Origin: Myxococcota bacterium
GTDB lineage: Bacteria > Myxococcota_A > UBA796 > CAJQPC01
Assembly: GCA_036229005.1 (NCBI GenBank)
Contig: JAZAMN010000014.1
Coordinates: forward strand, 39,785 to 103,784
Length of the DNA: 64,000 bases
Direction of reading: 5' to 3'
Below are positions 1-13,699 of this stretch, piece after piece (the first letter of the stretch is position 1; each line of letters begins with the position of its first letter). Made by a program: the position numbers and the translations under genes. The notes beneath the pieces are model-generated. The model worked only from the letters and a program-made list of their open reading frames with translations, was not told the origin of the DNA and searched no databases.

Positions 1-1686
1 GTCCCCGCTGCGAACATCCGGGTCCTCTCCTCTCCCCTGAGCAGCCCGGACGCGTTCGCCGCGGTGGCCAACGGGCGGGACCCGGCGATCGACATGAACA
101 TGGCCCAGGCCCAGTTCGGCCCGGCCACCCACGACGCCATCCTGGAGGGCCTGGACTGGCTCAGCGCGCAGCTCCAGGCGCCCAACACGCAGGGGGTGGT
201 CTACTTCTCGGGGCACTCCGTGGTGAGCACCAGTGGGCACCCCGCCCTGGCGCCCTCGGACACCCGGCGCGACCTGGACGATGTGCGGGTGGTGCCCTGC
301 AAGGACTTCGATAGCTGGATGCCGCGGACGGTCCTGGTGAGCGCGGTGGAGCAGGTGACGGGGCCCAGTGCGCAGCGCATCCAGCGCTTCATCGACGCCC
401 TGCTGGGGGCGCCCTTTGACGACCTGCGGACTCGAGCGCTGCAGCTCGCAGAGGCCCAGGAGCTCTCCGACGCGGAGGCTGGGGTCGAGCGCTTCATGCG
501 GGACCTGGGCAACATGGGGGACGACGGCGGCGCCACGGGATCTGGACGCGACAAGAAGGCCGCGCAGGCGGTGAAGTTGGCGGGCCAGGTCAGCTACTCC
601 CTGCTGGAGATCGAGTCGGTGCTCCACGGCGATGCGTTCACCGACGAAGACCCGCTGCGGGGGCTGATCTCCTTCAACCGGGCCTTCTTCCAGCGCCTGC
701 GCAAGCTGCCGGAGACCAACCCGGTGCAGATCCTGCTGGAGACCTGCCTCCAGGAGCAGCCCGAGCGCGCGCTTGCGCCCTACTACGAGCGCGGCGAGGT
801 GCCCCTTGCCCACGGGAACATGGCGATGCTGGCGGGCTGTCAGCTCCGGCAGGCCAGCCAGATGGCGGTGTTCGACAACCGCTGGCACGGCGCGTTCACC
901 TGGGCGCTGGTGAGCCTGCTCAGCAAGACCACCGTCAAGCTGTACGCCGGCCATCGCAGCTTCGACGTCTCCTACGGCAAGCTCACCCAGGACATCTCCG
1001 CGCTGCTGCGCCTGATGCGGATCGAGCAGACCCCGCTGCTCTCGGCGGCCAAGGGGGCCAAGGACTGGGAGGTGCTGGGCAAGGCGCCGGAGCGTCCCAA
1101 GCGCGAGCTGCCGCCCGTGATCAAGCCCAAGCAACTGAACGGTGGAAACACCGGGCACATCTTCCAGGTCTTGGACGCCGAAGGCGCCGCGCTGGGCTGG
1201 ATGATCCGCACCCCCAACAACAGCGACGTCGTGGCCAAGGGGGTGACCTGGACCCAGAAGCGCGAGTACTGGGTCTGGAACGGCGACGTGACACCCTGGG
1301 CCACTACGACGCTGCGCCTGGTGCGGCCGCCCGGCACCGCCACCGGGGGGCTGGCCGGCTGGATCAACATGCCTGAGGGCGTCCCCCACGCCCCTGCACA
1401 CCTGTCGGCCCCAGCGGCGCCGTTCACCAACTCCGACAAGACCCCCGGTGGACCCGGCTGGAACGTGAGCTTCAAGGAGCCCGGACCGAACGTCGGGCCG
1501 ATGCTGGCGCGGGTGCAGAAGAGCGGCACCACCCTGACCTGGTTCCGGGTGGGGGGCGCGCTGGGCTGGCTGGAGTTCGGGACCGGTCCGGTGGCCCCCG
1601 CGGGCCGGGAGATTGTCTGGACCTACACGGCCGCGCCGCCGTCTGATGTCACCTACGGCAGCAGCTGTGAGGACGTGATGGAGTAG
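1..1686 (+). CDS. Caspase-like (peptidase C14/metacaspase) domain protein with unknown C-terminal domain; 5'-truncated by window edge
   Basis: Frame 1 is open from base 1 (VPAANIRVL...). Motifs: VVYFSGH (catalytic His strand), ILLETC (Cys strand), LAGC...Q.S...HGAFTWAL (C14 small-subunit signature). Confidence 0.7.
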   Translation, partial: VPAANIRVLSSPLSSPDAFAAVANGRDPAIDMNMAQAQFGPATHDAILEGLDWLSAQLQAPNTQGVVYFSGHSVVSTSGHPALAPSDTRRDLDDVRVVPCKDFDSWMPRTVLVSAVEQVTGPSAQRIQRFIDALLGAPFDDLRTRALQLAEAQELSDAEAGVERFMRDLGNMGDDGGATGSGRDKKAAQAVKLAGQVSYSLLEIESVLHGDAFTDEDPLRGLISFNRAFFQRLRKLPETNPVQILLETCLQEQPERALAPYYERGEVPLAHGNMAMLAGCQLRQASQMAVFDNRWHGAFTWALVSLLSKTTVKLYAGHRSFDVSYGKLTQDISALLRLMRIEQTPLLSAAKGAKDWEVLGKAPERPKRELPPVIKPKQLNGGNTGHIFQVLDAEGAALGWMIRTPNNSDVVAKGVTWTQKREYWVWNGDVTPWATTTLRLVRPPGTATGGLAGWINMPEGVPHAPAHLSAPAAPFTNSDKTPGGPGWNVSFKEPGPNVGPMLARVQKSGTTLTWFRVGGALGWLEFGTGPVAPAGREIVWTYTAAPPSDVTYGSSCEDVME

Positions 1687-1691
1687 GGGAC

Positions 1692-4006
<2,315 letters not shown>

Positions 4007-4007
<1 letters not shown>

Positions 4008-4927
4008 CAGGGGCGGCGGATCTCGAAGCGGGGGCAGCCAAAGCGGAGCTGGCCCGAGCCGGTGCGGCGCTCCACGAGGGCCTTGGCGTCGAGCACGCCG
4101 GCCCGCTTGAGGTGCTGGCGGGCGCGGAAGACGGCGACGTTGAACTGGTTGTCGGGGATGCGCAGGCCACGGACCAGGTCGTCCCGGTAGCGCCAGCCCC
4201 GCTCGCCCTCGGACAGCGTGGGGTCCTGGGCGTCCTCGGCGCGGGCCCGGGCCAGGGTGAGCAGCAGGTAGTGCTGGGCGCGGTGGGAGAGCTTGCGGTG
4301 GTTGCCGCGGCGGTCGCGCAGCTCCAGGGCGACGTGCTCTTCGTCCTGGGAGACCAGGAAGGTGATGCTGAGCTCGGCGAAGTGGATCTGGGTGCTCTGC
4401 ACCACGGTGTCGGTGCGGACCACCGCGCCAGGCAGGTGGATCCGCCAGCTCCGGCCGCCGGCCTCCACGACCTCGCCCACCTGGAGGGGGCGGACCTCCA
4501 TCTCGCGCTCCAGGCAGGGGCGCCCGTCGTCGTCCAGGTAGAGCACGACCTCGGGGCTGTCGGGATCCGGCAGCACCAGCAGCTCACCGTCGGCCTCGAT
4601 CCACAGCTCCCCGGAGCTCGCGGCCAGCACCGGCGCGCGATCGTCGACCAGCACCCAGGGCGACTCGGGGCTGCCGAAGGCGAGCTGTGCGCCGCGGGTC
4701 AGCAGCTCTCGGGCCCCGGACTCCAGGCGGCGGCCGCCCACATAGGTGCCGTTGCGGCTGCCCAGGTCCCGCAGCTCCCAGCCCTGCCCCTTCCACGCCA
4801 GCATGGCGTGCATCCCGGAGACGCGGGGGTCTTCCAGGCGCAGCACGCAGGCGCGGGAGCGTCCGATGCTGGTCTCCGCTGAGAGGCGGAGTTCCTGGCC
4901 GGATTTGGGGTGTCGGAGCTTGGGCAT
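4007..4927 (-). CDS. FHA domain protein with C-terminal winged-helix DNA-binding-like domain
   Basis: FHA motifs IGR, VSGMHA, DLGSRNGT. C-terminal NVAVFRARQHL resembles an OmpR-type wHTH. TGATG overlap with the kinase start. Confidence 0.85.
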
Positions 4928-4972
4928 CGCCCCATTTTGACACGACGCAGCCCAAGGCCCGCCTCCCCGGAC

Positions 4973-5671
4973 TCAGGGCAGGTCGAACACCAGGGCCTCC
5001 ACGCCCTCCGCGCCTGCGCTGAGCGAGAGCTGCTCGGCGCCCTCGATGGCCAGGCCGTCACCCGCCTTGAGTGCGGCGCCGTTGACCTGGAGGCTGCCCT
5101 TGATCACCTGCACCCAAGCCCGGGGACCGCGCGGATCGAGCTGGGCCTGACCCTGTGCGTCCAGGAGCAGGCGGTGGAGGTCCATGTCCTGGTCGATGCG
5201 CAGCGAGCCCTCGCGGCCGGTGGGTGAGACCACCAGGCGCAGGCCCTCGCCGGGGGTGGGCTCGAAGAGCCGCTGGTCGTAGCGCGGGGCGCTGCGGGCG
5301 CTGCGGGGCAGGATCCAGATCTGGAGGAAGTGGACCTCCTCTTGGGTGGACCCGTTCATCTCCGAGTGCTGGATGCCGCGGCCGGCGCTCATGAGCTGCA
5401 CCTCGCCGGGGCGGATGACCGAGCCGTTGCCCAGGGTGTCCTTGTGCTCCAGGGCGCCGGAGATCACGTAGGACAGGATCTCCATGCTCTGGTGGTGGTG
5501 GGGCAGGAAGCCCCGACCGGGGGCCACCTTGTCCTCGTTGATCACCCGCAGCGGGCCAAAGCCCATGTGCCGGCGGTCGTAGTAGTGGGCGAACGAGAAG
5601 CTGTGCTGGCTGTAGAGCCAGCCGTGGTTTGCCTGGCCGCGGGCGGCGGCGGGGCGGATCTCCATCTGCAT
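4973..5671 (-). CDS. Pirin family protein (YhhW-like)
   Basis: HSFSFAHYYD, LRVINED, GF.PH.H..MEI, MSAGRGIQHSE, FLQIWI. Confidence 0.93.
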   Translation of the reverse strand: MQMEIRPAAARGQANHGWLYSQHSFSFAHYYDRRHMGFGPLRVINEDKVAPGRGFLPHHHQSMEILSYVISGALEHKDTLGNGSVIRPGEVQLMSAGRGIQHSEMNGSTQEEVHFLQIWILPRSARSAPRYDQRLFEPTPGEGLRLVVSPTGREGSLRIDQDMDLHRLLLDAQGQAQLDPRGPRAWVQVIKGSLQVNGAALKAGDGLAIEGAEQLSLSAGAEGVEALVFDLP

Positions 5672-5716
5672 GGGAGCCTCCTTTCGGAACCCAGCCTAGG
5701 CCCGGGGAAGCGCCGC

Positions 5717-5746
5717 AACAATCGGAGCCAATCAGAATTGATTGTT
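5717..5746. promoter_or_regulatory. Putative regulator site upstream of pirin
   Basis: AT-rich inverted repeat AACAATC-N16-GATTGTT with nested CAATC-N6-GATTG, in a GC-rich background. Confidence 0.4.
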
Positions 5747-5801
5747 CCAGAAGCTGCCACCACACTCCGGGCGCCAGTCACCAGCCGCCGGCCACCAGCG
5801 C

Positions 5802-6527
5802 TCAGAACTCCACGCCGCAGTGCCCCTCCCCATCGACATGCCCGACGGTCTGGGTCAGGTGCCGCACGAACGCCGCGAGGTCCTCGACCTCCGAGTACTG
5901 GCCGACGCTGTAGCCCAGCGGCGCCAGGGAGACGGCCTCCAGCTCGTCCAGGGTCACGCTCCCGTCGGCGTCGGCGTCGGCGTTCACGATGGGCCAGCCC
6001 TGCAGCACGGCGTCGTCGGCCTCCAGGGCGTCGTAGAACAGGTGGTCGCCGTGGACGGTCAGCTCCGTGGTGACCTCGCCGGCGGACGGGACCGTCAGGG
6101 CGTCGGGCTCACACAGGTAGGTCGTGGTGGTGGAGAAGGACCAGTCGAACGCCACGGTCTCGGCCTCCTCCCCCTCGCCGCAGCTCAGCTCACCGGCCAC
6201 GTGCACGCTGTCGCTGGCGTCGGGCGCGATGACGAAGCGGGCCGTGGTGTAGGTGCCGGCGGGGACCTCCACGCTGCCCAGGTCGTGCGGGCCGACGGGC
6301 ACCAGGTCCACCCGCGCGGGCTCCAGGTCGGCCACCGCGTCGCCGTTCCCGTCCAGGAGCTGGCCCTCGGTGATCTCCACCTCGAAGCTGGAGAAGGTGA
6401 CCGAGCAGCCGTCGCTGAACTCCGCCGCGGGGATGCCGGTCTCGATGTAGTCCTCGCCCCAGGTGTCCACGGTCCAGGTGCCGGTGCTGCAGGCGATCAG
6501 CGAAAAGATGAGGGAGAAGGAGGGCAT
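5802..6527 (-). CDS. Putative metal-uptake lipoprotein (DUF4382-like)
   Basis: Lipobox LIAC; HGDHLFYD and C-terminal GHVDGEGHC; EF-hand-like DADADGSVTLDE; last gene of the nikR operon. Confidence 0.7.
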   Translation of the reverse strand: MPSFSLIFSLIACSTGTWTVDTWGEDYIETGIPAAEFSDGCSVTFSSFEVEITEGQLLDGNGDAVADLEPARVDLVPVGPHDLGSVEVPAGTYTTARFVIAPDASDSVHVAGELSCGEGEEAETVAFDWSFSTTTTYLCEPDALTVPSAGEVTTELTVHGDHLFYDALEADDAVLQGWPIVNADADADGSVTLDELEAVSLAPLGYSVGQYSEVEDLAAFVRHLTQTVGHVDGEGHCGVEF

Positions 6528-7190
6528 TCAGGGCTCCAGGGTCAGGCTGTAGGTGGGGGTGCTCAGGGCACCGAATGAGAAGCTGTTCTCGACGCCGTCG
6601 TCCGCTGCGGTGAGCAGGCCGTCGTCGTCGCTGTCCGCGCTCAGGTCCACCCAGGACAGGGCGTGGGCGGGGTCGAGGGAGAGGACCAGGGCGCTGGGGG
6701 GATCCGTGCTCACCACCTGGGCCTCCAGGGGCAGCCCGGTCACCTCGGCATCGCTCTCGACAGCGAGGTCAAAGGGATGCAGCGCGCCGTCCAGCTCGGC
6801 GACGCCCTGGAGGCGCAGGGTCCCGGCCAGCTCCAGGCGTCCGGTGGCCAGCTCCCCCTCGTAGAGCTGCAGCGTGCCCAGGTCCTGGTCGCTGAGCAGG
6901 TCCAGCTCCCACTCCCCCAGCAGCTCGCCCAGCACGCCGCCCGCGCTCTCGTGGCCGGGGTGCGCGTGGGCGACGGAGATGGGGGAGAGGTGCCGCAGCA
7001 GGGCGCTCCCGGTGTCCTGGGTGCTGCTGGCGGGGGACTCCAGGCGCAGGCTGCCGATGGTCCAGGTGGCCTGCTCCAGGGTGGCGGTGCCGCCGTCCTC
7101 CAGGGTGAGCGCGGCGGGGGAGGCCTCAAAGCGCGCGGGCAGCGCCAGCAGGTCGCGGTCGGGCACGCAGGCCAGCATCCAGAGCCACAT
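6528..7190 (-). CDS. Putative metal-binding lipoprotein
   Basis: True start inferred at ATG 7190 (MWLWMLAC) from the TGATG overlap with the receptor stop. Contains AHAHPGH. Confidence 0.75.
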   Translation of the reverse strand: MWLWMLACVPDRDLLALPARFEASPAALTLEDGGTATLEQATWTIGSLRLESPASSTQDTGSALLRHLSPISVAHAHPGHESAGGVLGELLGEWELDLLSDQDLGTLQLYEGELATGRLELAGTLRLQGVAELDGALHPFDLAVESDAEVTGLPLEAQVVSTDPPSALVLSLDPAHALSWVDLSADSDDDGLLTAADDGVENSFSFGALSTPTYSLTLEP

Positions 7191-9184
7191 CAGAAGCGCC
7201 TCGTCAGGGTCAGGCGAGCGACCCGGGGGGCCCCCGCGGTGAAGTGCCGGGCGGGCAGCTCCGAGGCGGTGCTCCCCGCGACCCAGTTGGACGCGTAGAC
7301 GAACTCGCCGTCTCGCCACTGGTTGCCCAGGATGTTGTCCACCGAGAGCCCCACGCCCCAGGACTTCCAGGCGACCTGCGCGCGAAGATCGAGCACGAAC
7401 GCCGGGTGTGACGAGAACCCGCCCGGCAGGGGGCGGCGGCCCAGCACCCAGCCCCGGAGGCCGGCGGTCAGGGTGGTGGGGCCCAGGGGCAGGCCGGTCG
7501 CGTAGAGCCCGGAGCTGAGCAGCAGGCGCGGCGCGTAGGGGATGTCGGCGCCGGTCTCGGTGTAGCGGCCCAGGCTCCAGGTCCCGTCCAGCTCCCAGCG
7601 CAGCCGCTCGATGGGGCGCACCTGCAGCCCCGCGTCCACGCCCACCCGCCGGGTCGAGCCGGTGGCCAGGTAGCGGGCCTCCAGGTGGTCGAACACGATC
7701 TCGTCGCTCACCCAGGTCGCGAAGCCCGCGCCGCGCCAGGAGAGCCAGGGCAGTGGCGCGCTGCGCAGGCCCAGCTCCATGCTGTCCGAGGTGGCCATGG
7801 GCGCGCGTCCGCTGGCGGTGGTCCCGGCCAGGGTGGGGGAGCGGTAGCCCCGCCCGTAGGCGAGCTGGAGCTGGGTGGCCCGCTCCTCGAAGAGCTGCAG
7901 GCTCAGGCGGGGGGCCAGCGCGGGGGCCCAGGCGCGGATGCCCTCCGGGGCGACCAGGAAGGCGCCGCCGCGCAGCGAAGGCTCCACGCGCAGCCAGGAG
8001 GTGGGGTGGAGGGGGAGGCTGATCCAGCCCTCGGCGCCGGCGCTCACACCGCTCAGGCTCTGCTGGAGCGCGAGCACCTCGCCACCGGTGTCCACCGTCG
8101 AGGTGCTCTGATCCACGGAGTCCACCCGCAGGCTGCCGCCGCCCAGCAGCACCATCCCGGGTCGCAGGGTGCGGCTCCCGTCGCCCACCAGCCCGGCGCT
8201 CAGTGCCTCGTGCGCCTGCAGCGTGCCGTCGCCGTTCTCCGCGTCGCTCAGGTAGCCCGTGTAGTTCTGGGTGAGCTCCAGCCGCCGCAGGCCCGCCCAG
8301 CCCGTGAGGCTCCACGCGCTGCCCTGGTGGCTCTGGGACAGCTCGGCGGCCGCCAGCACCCGCTGGGACAGCCCCCCGCCAGACCCCGCGTAGGCGTCGT
8401 AGAAGTCCACCTGGTCCGCTGCCAGCATGTCCTCGCGCAGCACACCGGGGCTCTCGAAGTTGCCGTGGTAGGCCAGAGCCCAGATGCGGTGGTCCACGGA
8501 GCCTCGGGTGCCCTCCCAGCCGGCTCCTGCCCGGAGCTGCTGGTAGCCGCGGGACATGCCCACGCCCTGTCCGCCCTCGAGCTCGGCGATCGCGAAGCTG
8601 CCGCTGGGAGCGTCCTTGGGCCGGTAGCTCAGGCTGGCCTCGCCGCTCAGGTCGCTGCCCACGCCCAGGGTGAGCTGGGCTCCGGGCTGCGAGAGGCCCA
8701 GGGAGAAGTCCGCCGAGCCCGCGACCGCGAAGTCGCCTCCTTGTGGCGCGTAGCTGCCAGGGCGCAGCAGCACGCCGGACAGCAGCGCGGTGGGCAGGAA
8801 GTGCAGGTCCAGGTAGCCGTGGGCGTGCACGTTGGAGGGCTCGTTGAGCGGCACGCCCTCCAGGGTCACGGCCAGGTCCGCGCCGTGCACCGCGTCGAAG
8901 CCGCGCAGGAAGTACTGGTAGGCCTTGCCCTCTCCGCCGTGGGCCGACTGGTGCAGCCCCGGCATAGCCCGCAGCACCTGGTCGGCGGAGCGGGCGGGGA
9001 GGGCCTGGATGTCCTGGGCGTCCAGGCTGCGCTCGGAGGCGCTGGAGCGGGTGCGCGGGGCCTGGACGACCAGCACGTCATCGGCGCTCTCGTCGTCTGA
9101 GCTGGGCTCGGCCGCCTGGCTCTGGCTGGCCAGCAGGAGGACGCCGGCCAGCGGGAGGGCGCGGAGGGAGCGGGGCGTGCTCAC
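7190..9184 (-). CDS. TonB-dependent receptor, probably nickel/cobalt
   Basis: Signal peptide, TonB-box-like DVLVVQA, plug motif QYFLRGFDAVHGAD...HAHGYLDLHF, C-terminal GAPR...RF. Confidence 0.9.
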   Translation of the reverse strand: MSTPRSLRALPLAGVLLLASQSQAAEPSSDDESADDVLVVQAPRTRSSASERSLDAQDIQALPARSADQVLRAMPGLHQSAHGGEGKAYQYFLRGFDAVHGADLAVTLEGVPLNEPSNVHAHGYLDLHFLPTALLSGVLLRPGSYAPQGGDFAVAGSADFSLGLSQPGAQLTLGVGSDLSGEASLSYRPKDAPSGSFAIAELEGGQGVGMSRGYQQLRAGAGWEGTRGSVDHRIWALAYHGNFESPGVLREDMLAADQVDFYDAYAGSGGGLSQRVLAAAELSQSHQGSAWSLTGWAGLRRLELTQNYTGYLSDAENGDGTLQAHEALSAGLVGDGSRTLRPGMVLLGGGSLRVDSVDQSTSTVDTGGEVLALQQSLSGVSAGAEGWISLPLHPTSWLRVEPSLRGGAFLVAPEGIRAWAPALAPRLSLQLFEERATQLQLAYGRGYRSPTLAGTTASGRAPMATSDSMELGLRSAPLPWLSWRGAGFATWVSDEIVFDHLEARYLATGSTRRVGVDAGLQVRPIERLRWELDGTWSLGRYTETGADIPYAPRLLLSSGLYATGLPLGPTTLTAGLRGWVLGRRPLPGGFSSHPAFVLDLRAQVAWKSWGVGLSVDNILGNQWRDGEFVYASNWVAGSTASELPARHFTAGAPRVARLTLTRRF

Positions 9185-9588
9185 GCGGGGGCGGCGCCGC
9201 TGATGACCAGCTCACCGGAGAGCACACCCTTCATGGTGGCCAGGTGGTGGGCGTAGTGCTCAAGCTCGCTGCGGGTGCCCTTGAGGGCGGAGATCTCCAT
9301 GCAGGTGTCGTGGTCCAGGTGCACGTGCATGGTGGACATCACGATGTCGTGGTGATCGTGGGCGGCCTCGATCATGCGCTCGGCCAGGGCCCGCTTGCGG
9401 TGATCGAACACCACCGTCAGGCTGCCGGCCACCAGCGTGTCGCTCTGCAGCTCGCTGCGCAGGCGGGCGCGGATCATGTCGCGCAGGGCCTCGCTGCGGT
9501 TGCCGTGGCCGGCCTGGGCCACGTGCTCGTCCAGGCGCTGCAGGAGCTCCCGGTCGATGCTGATGCTGATGCGCTCGATGTCGGCCAT
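9181..9588 (-). CDS. nikR: Nickel-responsive regulator NikR
   Basis: RHH motif RISISID...NRSEALRDMIR; Ni-binding H...MHVHLDHDTCME. Start placed at MADIER (9588). Confidence 0.93.
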   Translation of the reverse strand: MADIERISISIDRELLQRLDEHVAQAGHGNRSEALRDMIRARLRSELQSDTLVAGSLTVVFDHRKRALAERMIEAAHDHHDIVMSTMHVHLDHDTCMEISALKGTRSELEHYAHHLATMKGVLSGELVISGAAPA

Positions 9589-9630
9589 CGGTATTACTCC
9601 GCTCGGGTTTTTCGTATTGTGTATTACCAG

Positions 9631-9657
9631 GAGGGGCTCAGTAATACTCAAAACAAC
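9631..9657. promoter_or_regulatory. NikR operator
   Basis: Perfect inverted repeat GTATTAC-N13-GTAATAC, 43-69 bp upstream of nikR. Extra half-site GTATTAC at 9591-9597. Confidence 0.8.
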
Positions 9658-9709
9658 GCAAGTTGCGCCGCGTTCAGGAGATCCACAGCTCCCGGGTTAG
9701 ACGGCCCCC

Positions 9710-10726
9710 ATGCTCACTCGCCCCCCCATGGCCGCCCCCGCTCCGGTGCTCGCCGGTGACCTCTCCCCCGAAGGCGCCGCCCGCCGCCTGATCCAGGGAG
9801 AGCGCCTGCTCATGCGCGGCCGCTACGGCCACGGCGCCGACATCTTCCTGGCCATCGACCAGCTCCTCCCCGAGCCCGGTCCCAAGGCCCCCTACGCGGT
9901 GCGCCGCGAGCACCTGGCGCGGGTCCGGGCGGCCAAGCTGCGCCTGAGCGTGCCCATCCGGGACCACCAGCTCGCCCTCAAGGGCGCCGCCCCCATCGGC
10001 TTCCTGCGGGAGCTCTACCCCGAGACCCCGGACTTCGAGCTGGCCCTGCTCCACGCCCAGGAGCTGCGCGGCGCCTGGGAGAAGTACAAGGAGGGCACCC
10101 ACCTGCCCGTGCTGGGGCGGCGCCTGCACCCCTTCGCCGGGACCTACCTGCCCACCCGCACCGAGCACCTGGAGCTCTTCGCCACCTGGCTGAGCGGCTA
10201 CGACGGCCCCAAGCACCAGGCCATCGACGTAGGCACCGGCGCCGGGGTGCTGGCCTTCCTGCTGGCCCGCGCGGGCTTTGAGCGGGTGCTGGCCACGGAC
10301 GACAACCCCAACGCCATCGAGAGCGTCCAGCGTGACCTCGCGCGGGCCGAGCAGCCCCTCCCCATTGAGCCGCGCCAGGCAGACCTGATGGGTGAGGATC
10401 CGCCTGAGGCCGACCTGGTCGTCTTCAACCCCCCCTGGATCCCGGGCGAGGCCGCCAGCCTGGTCGAGCGCGCGCTCTACTGCCCGCCGGAGCTGATGCC
10501 CCGCTTCTTTGACCGGGCCGTGGAGTGCATGCAGCCGCACACCAAGCTGGTGCTGCTCTACTCCAACATCGGGACCCTGCTGCGCCCGGACCAGCCCCAC
10601 CCCATCCAGGCCGAGCTGGAGAAGGGGCGCCTTGTCCTGGAGCAGAAGCTGCGGCGCAAGGTCAAGCCCCCCAAGGGCAAGCGCACGCAGGAGAAGGTGG
10701 AGCTCTGGGTGCTCGCCAAGGCCTGA
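9710..10726 (+). CDS. Class I SAM-dependent methyltransferase (MTS-like)
   Basis: DVGTGAG motif I and NPPW motif IV. Confidence 0.88.
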   Translation: MLTRPPMAAPAPVLAGDLSPEGAARRLIQGERLLMRGRYGHGADIFLAIDQLLPEPGPKAPYAVRREHLARVRAAKLRLSVPIRDHQLALKGAAPIGFLRELYPETPDFELALLHAQELRGAWEKYKEGTHLPVLGRRLHPFAGTYLPTRTEHLELFATWLSGYDGPKHQAIDVGTGAGVLAFLLARAGFERVLATDDNPNAIESVQRDLARAEQPLPIEPRQADLMGEDPPEADLVVFNPPWIPGEAASLVERALYCPPELMPRFFDRAVECMQPHTKLVLLYSNIGTLLRPDQPHPIQAELEKGRLVLEQKLRRKVKPPKGKRTQEKVELWVLAKA

Positions 10727-10760
10727 TTTCCACCGTCGGGGCCCGGCTCTGCTTGCTACG

Positions 10761-10775
10761 CTGACTTTTGGTCAG
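10761..10775. promoter_or_regulatory. Palindromic operator-like site
   Basis: CTGAC-N5-GTCAG, about 30 bp upstream of the ATG at 10805. Confidence 0.35.
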
Positions 10776-10804
10776 TTACCCAAGCGAGGTCATCGAGGGT
10801 CCAA

Positions 10805-11791
10805 ATGAAGCAGTCCGCCGCGATCCGTCCCGAGCCCAACACCCAGCGCAAGGCCGCCATCGCAGCCGGGGGGGCCATCGACCACGCCGGCAAGGTGGAG
10901 ATCCAGGTGATCCCGGACTTCGACCTGGACCGCACCATCTTCCAGACCCTGGAGGGCCGCCTGCCGCGCTACATCATGCGGCACCGGGTGGGGAAGGAGA
11001 TCCACTGGGATGCCCAGGCGCGCCAGAGCATCGAGGCCCGCTACCAGGAGGCCTTTGGCCGCGCGCCCCTGCCGCAGATCGAGCCCGAGATCATCCGCTT
11101 CATGGTCGAGGAGTGCGACTTTGACGTGGAGCACGCCGACGGCAGCTTCCTGGACCACCTGTACTTCTGCTTTGAGTACGCGGTGAAGCACTACCCCCAG
11201 GAGTCCGCGCTGGTGCAGCTCCTGCACTCCATCCTGGGGACGGGCACCAACACCTTCGCCATGACCGCGGACAAGATCCCGGCGCTCCAAGCGCTGCTGG
11301 AGCCCCAGGTGTTCGCCCAGGTCGAGGCCTTCCCCAGCGTGCTGCGTCTGCTCTACGTGGGGGACCTGCGCCGGGAGCTGTGGGCCAACCTGAGCCGCCT
11401 GGACAAGCTGGAGTCGGTGCAGATGCACCGGGTCATCGACAACGCGCCCATCACCCTGAGCGCGGACCAGCTCTGGGTGGCGCTCAACCACCAGCTCATC
11501 CACTTTGTGGACTTCATGCCGGTGGCCAACTGGCACCGCAACCGCAGCGACACCAGCTACATCCTGTTCCGGGACCTGCACGCCTTCCTCAGCCGCGCCG
11601 GCAAGCTGGACGCCAAGGTGGAGTACACGCCGCCCCAGCCGGGGCCCGTGAGCGGTGAGCCCGCCGACCTGGGGAGCTGGCTCACCCGGCACATCCCCGT
11701 GGGCGCGGCCGAGAAGATGGCCGCCAAGAGCGTGCAGCGATTCTCCGAGAAGATCGGTCACGAGACGGCGTTCACCCTGAATTTTGGGTGA
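10805..11791 (+). CDS. Hypothetical protein with HD-like (DUF6817-like) domain
   Basis: HADGSFLDHL...LLHSILGT pattern; GC3-rich codons; GAGG RBS. Confidence 0.7.
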   Translation: MKQSAAIRPEPNTQRKAAIAAGGAIDHAGKVEIQVIPDFDLDRTIFQTLEGRLPRYIMRHRVGKEIHWDAQARQSIEARYQEAFGRAPLPQIEPEIIRFMVEECDFDVEHADGSFLDHLYFCFEYAVKHYPQESALVQLLHSILGTGTNTFAMTADKIPALQALLEPQVFAQVEAFPSVLRLLYVGDLRRELWANLSRLDKLESVQMHRVIDNAPITLSADQLWVALNHQLIHFVDFMPVANWHRNRSDTSYILFRDLHAFLSRAGKLDAKVEYTPPQPGPVSGEPADLGSWLTRHIPVGAAEKMAAKSVQRFSEKIGHETAFTLNFG

Positions 11792-11800
11792 TCGACCCCC

Positions 11801-13549
<1,749 letters not shown>

Positions 13550-13699
13550 CCGGCCTCACAGTCTCTTTGGTAACTCGGATGAAAGCCCCCTCACCTTAAC
13601 GGAGCTGTGGTGTCTCAGGGGGGTGAATGGGCCTTGGTGCTGCATTTCTCAGGGAGGCCCACCGCCTGACATGCTAAGGATCCAGCACTGGAGAGCACC

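Noticed and set aside
7191..8315. N-terminal extension of ORF 6528-8315
   Set aside because: It overlaps the TonB receptor in another frame; the real start is at the TGATG junction (7190).
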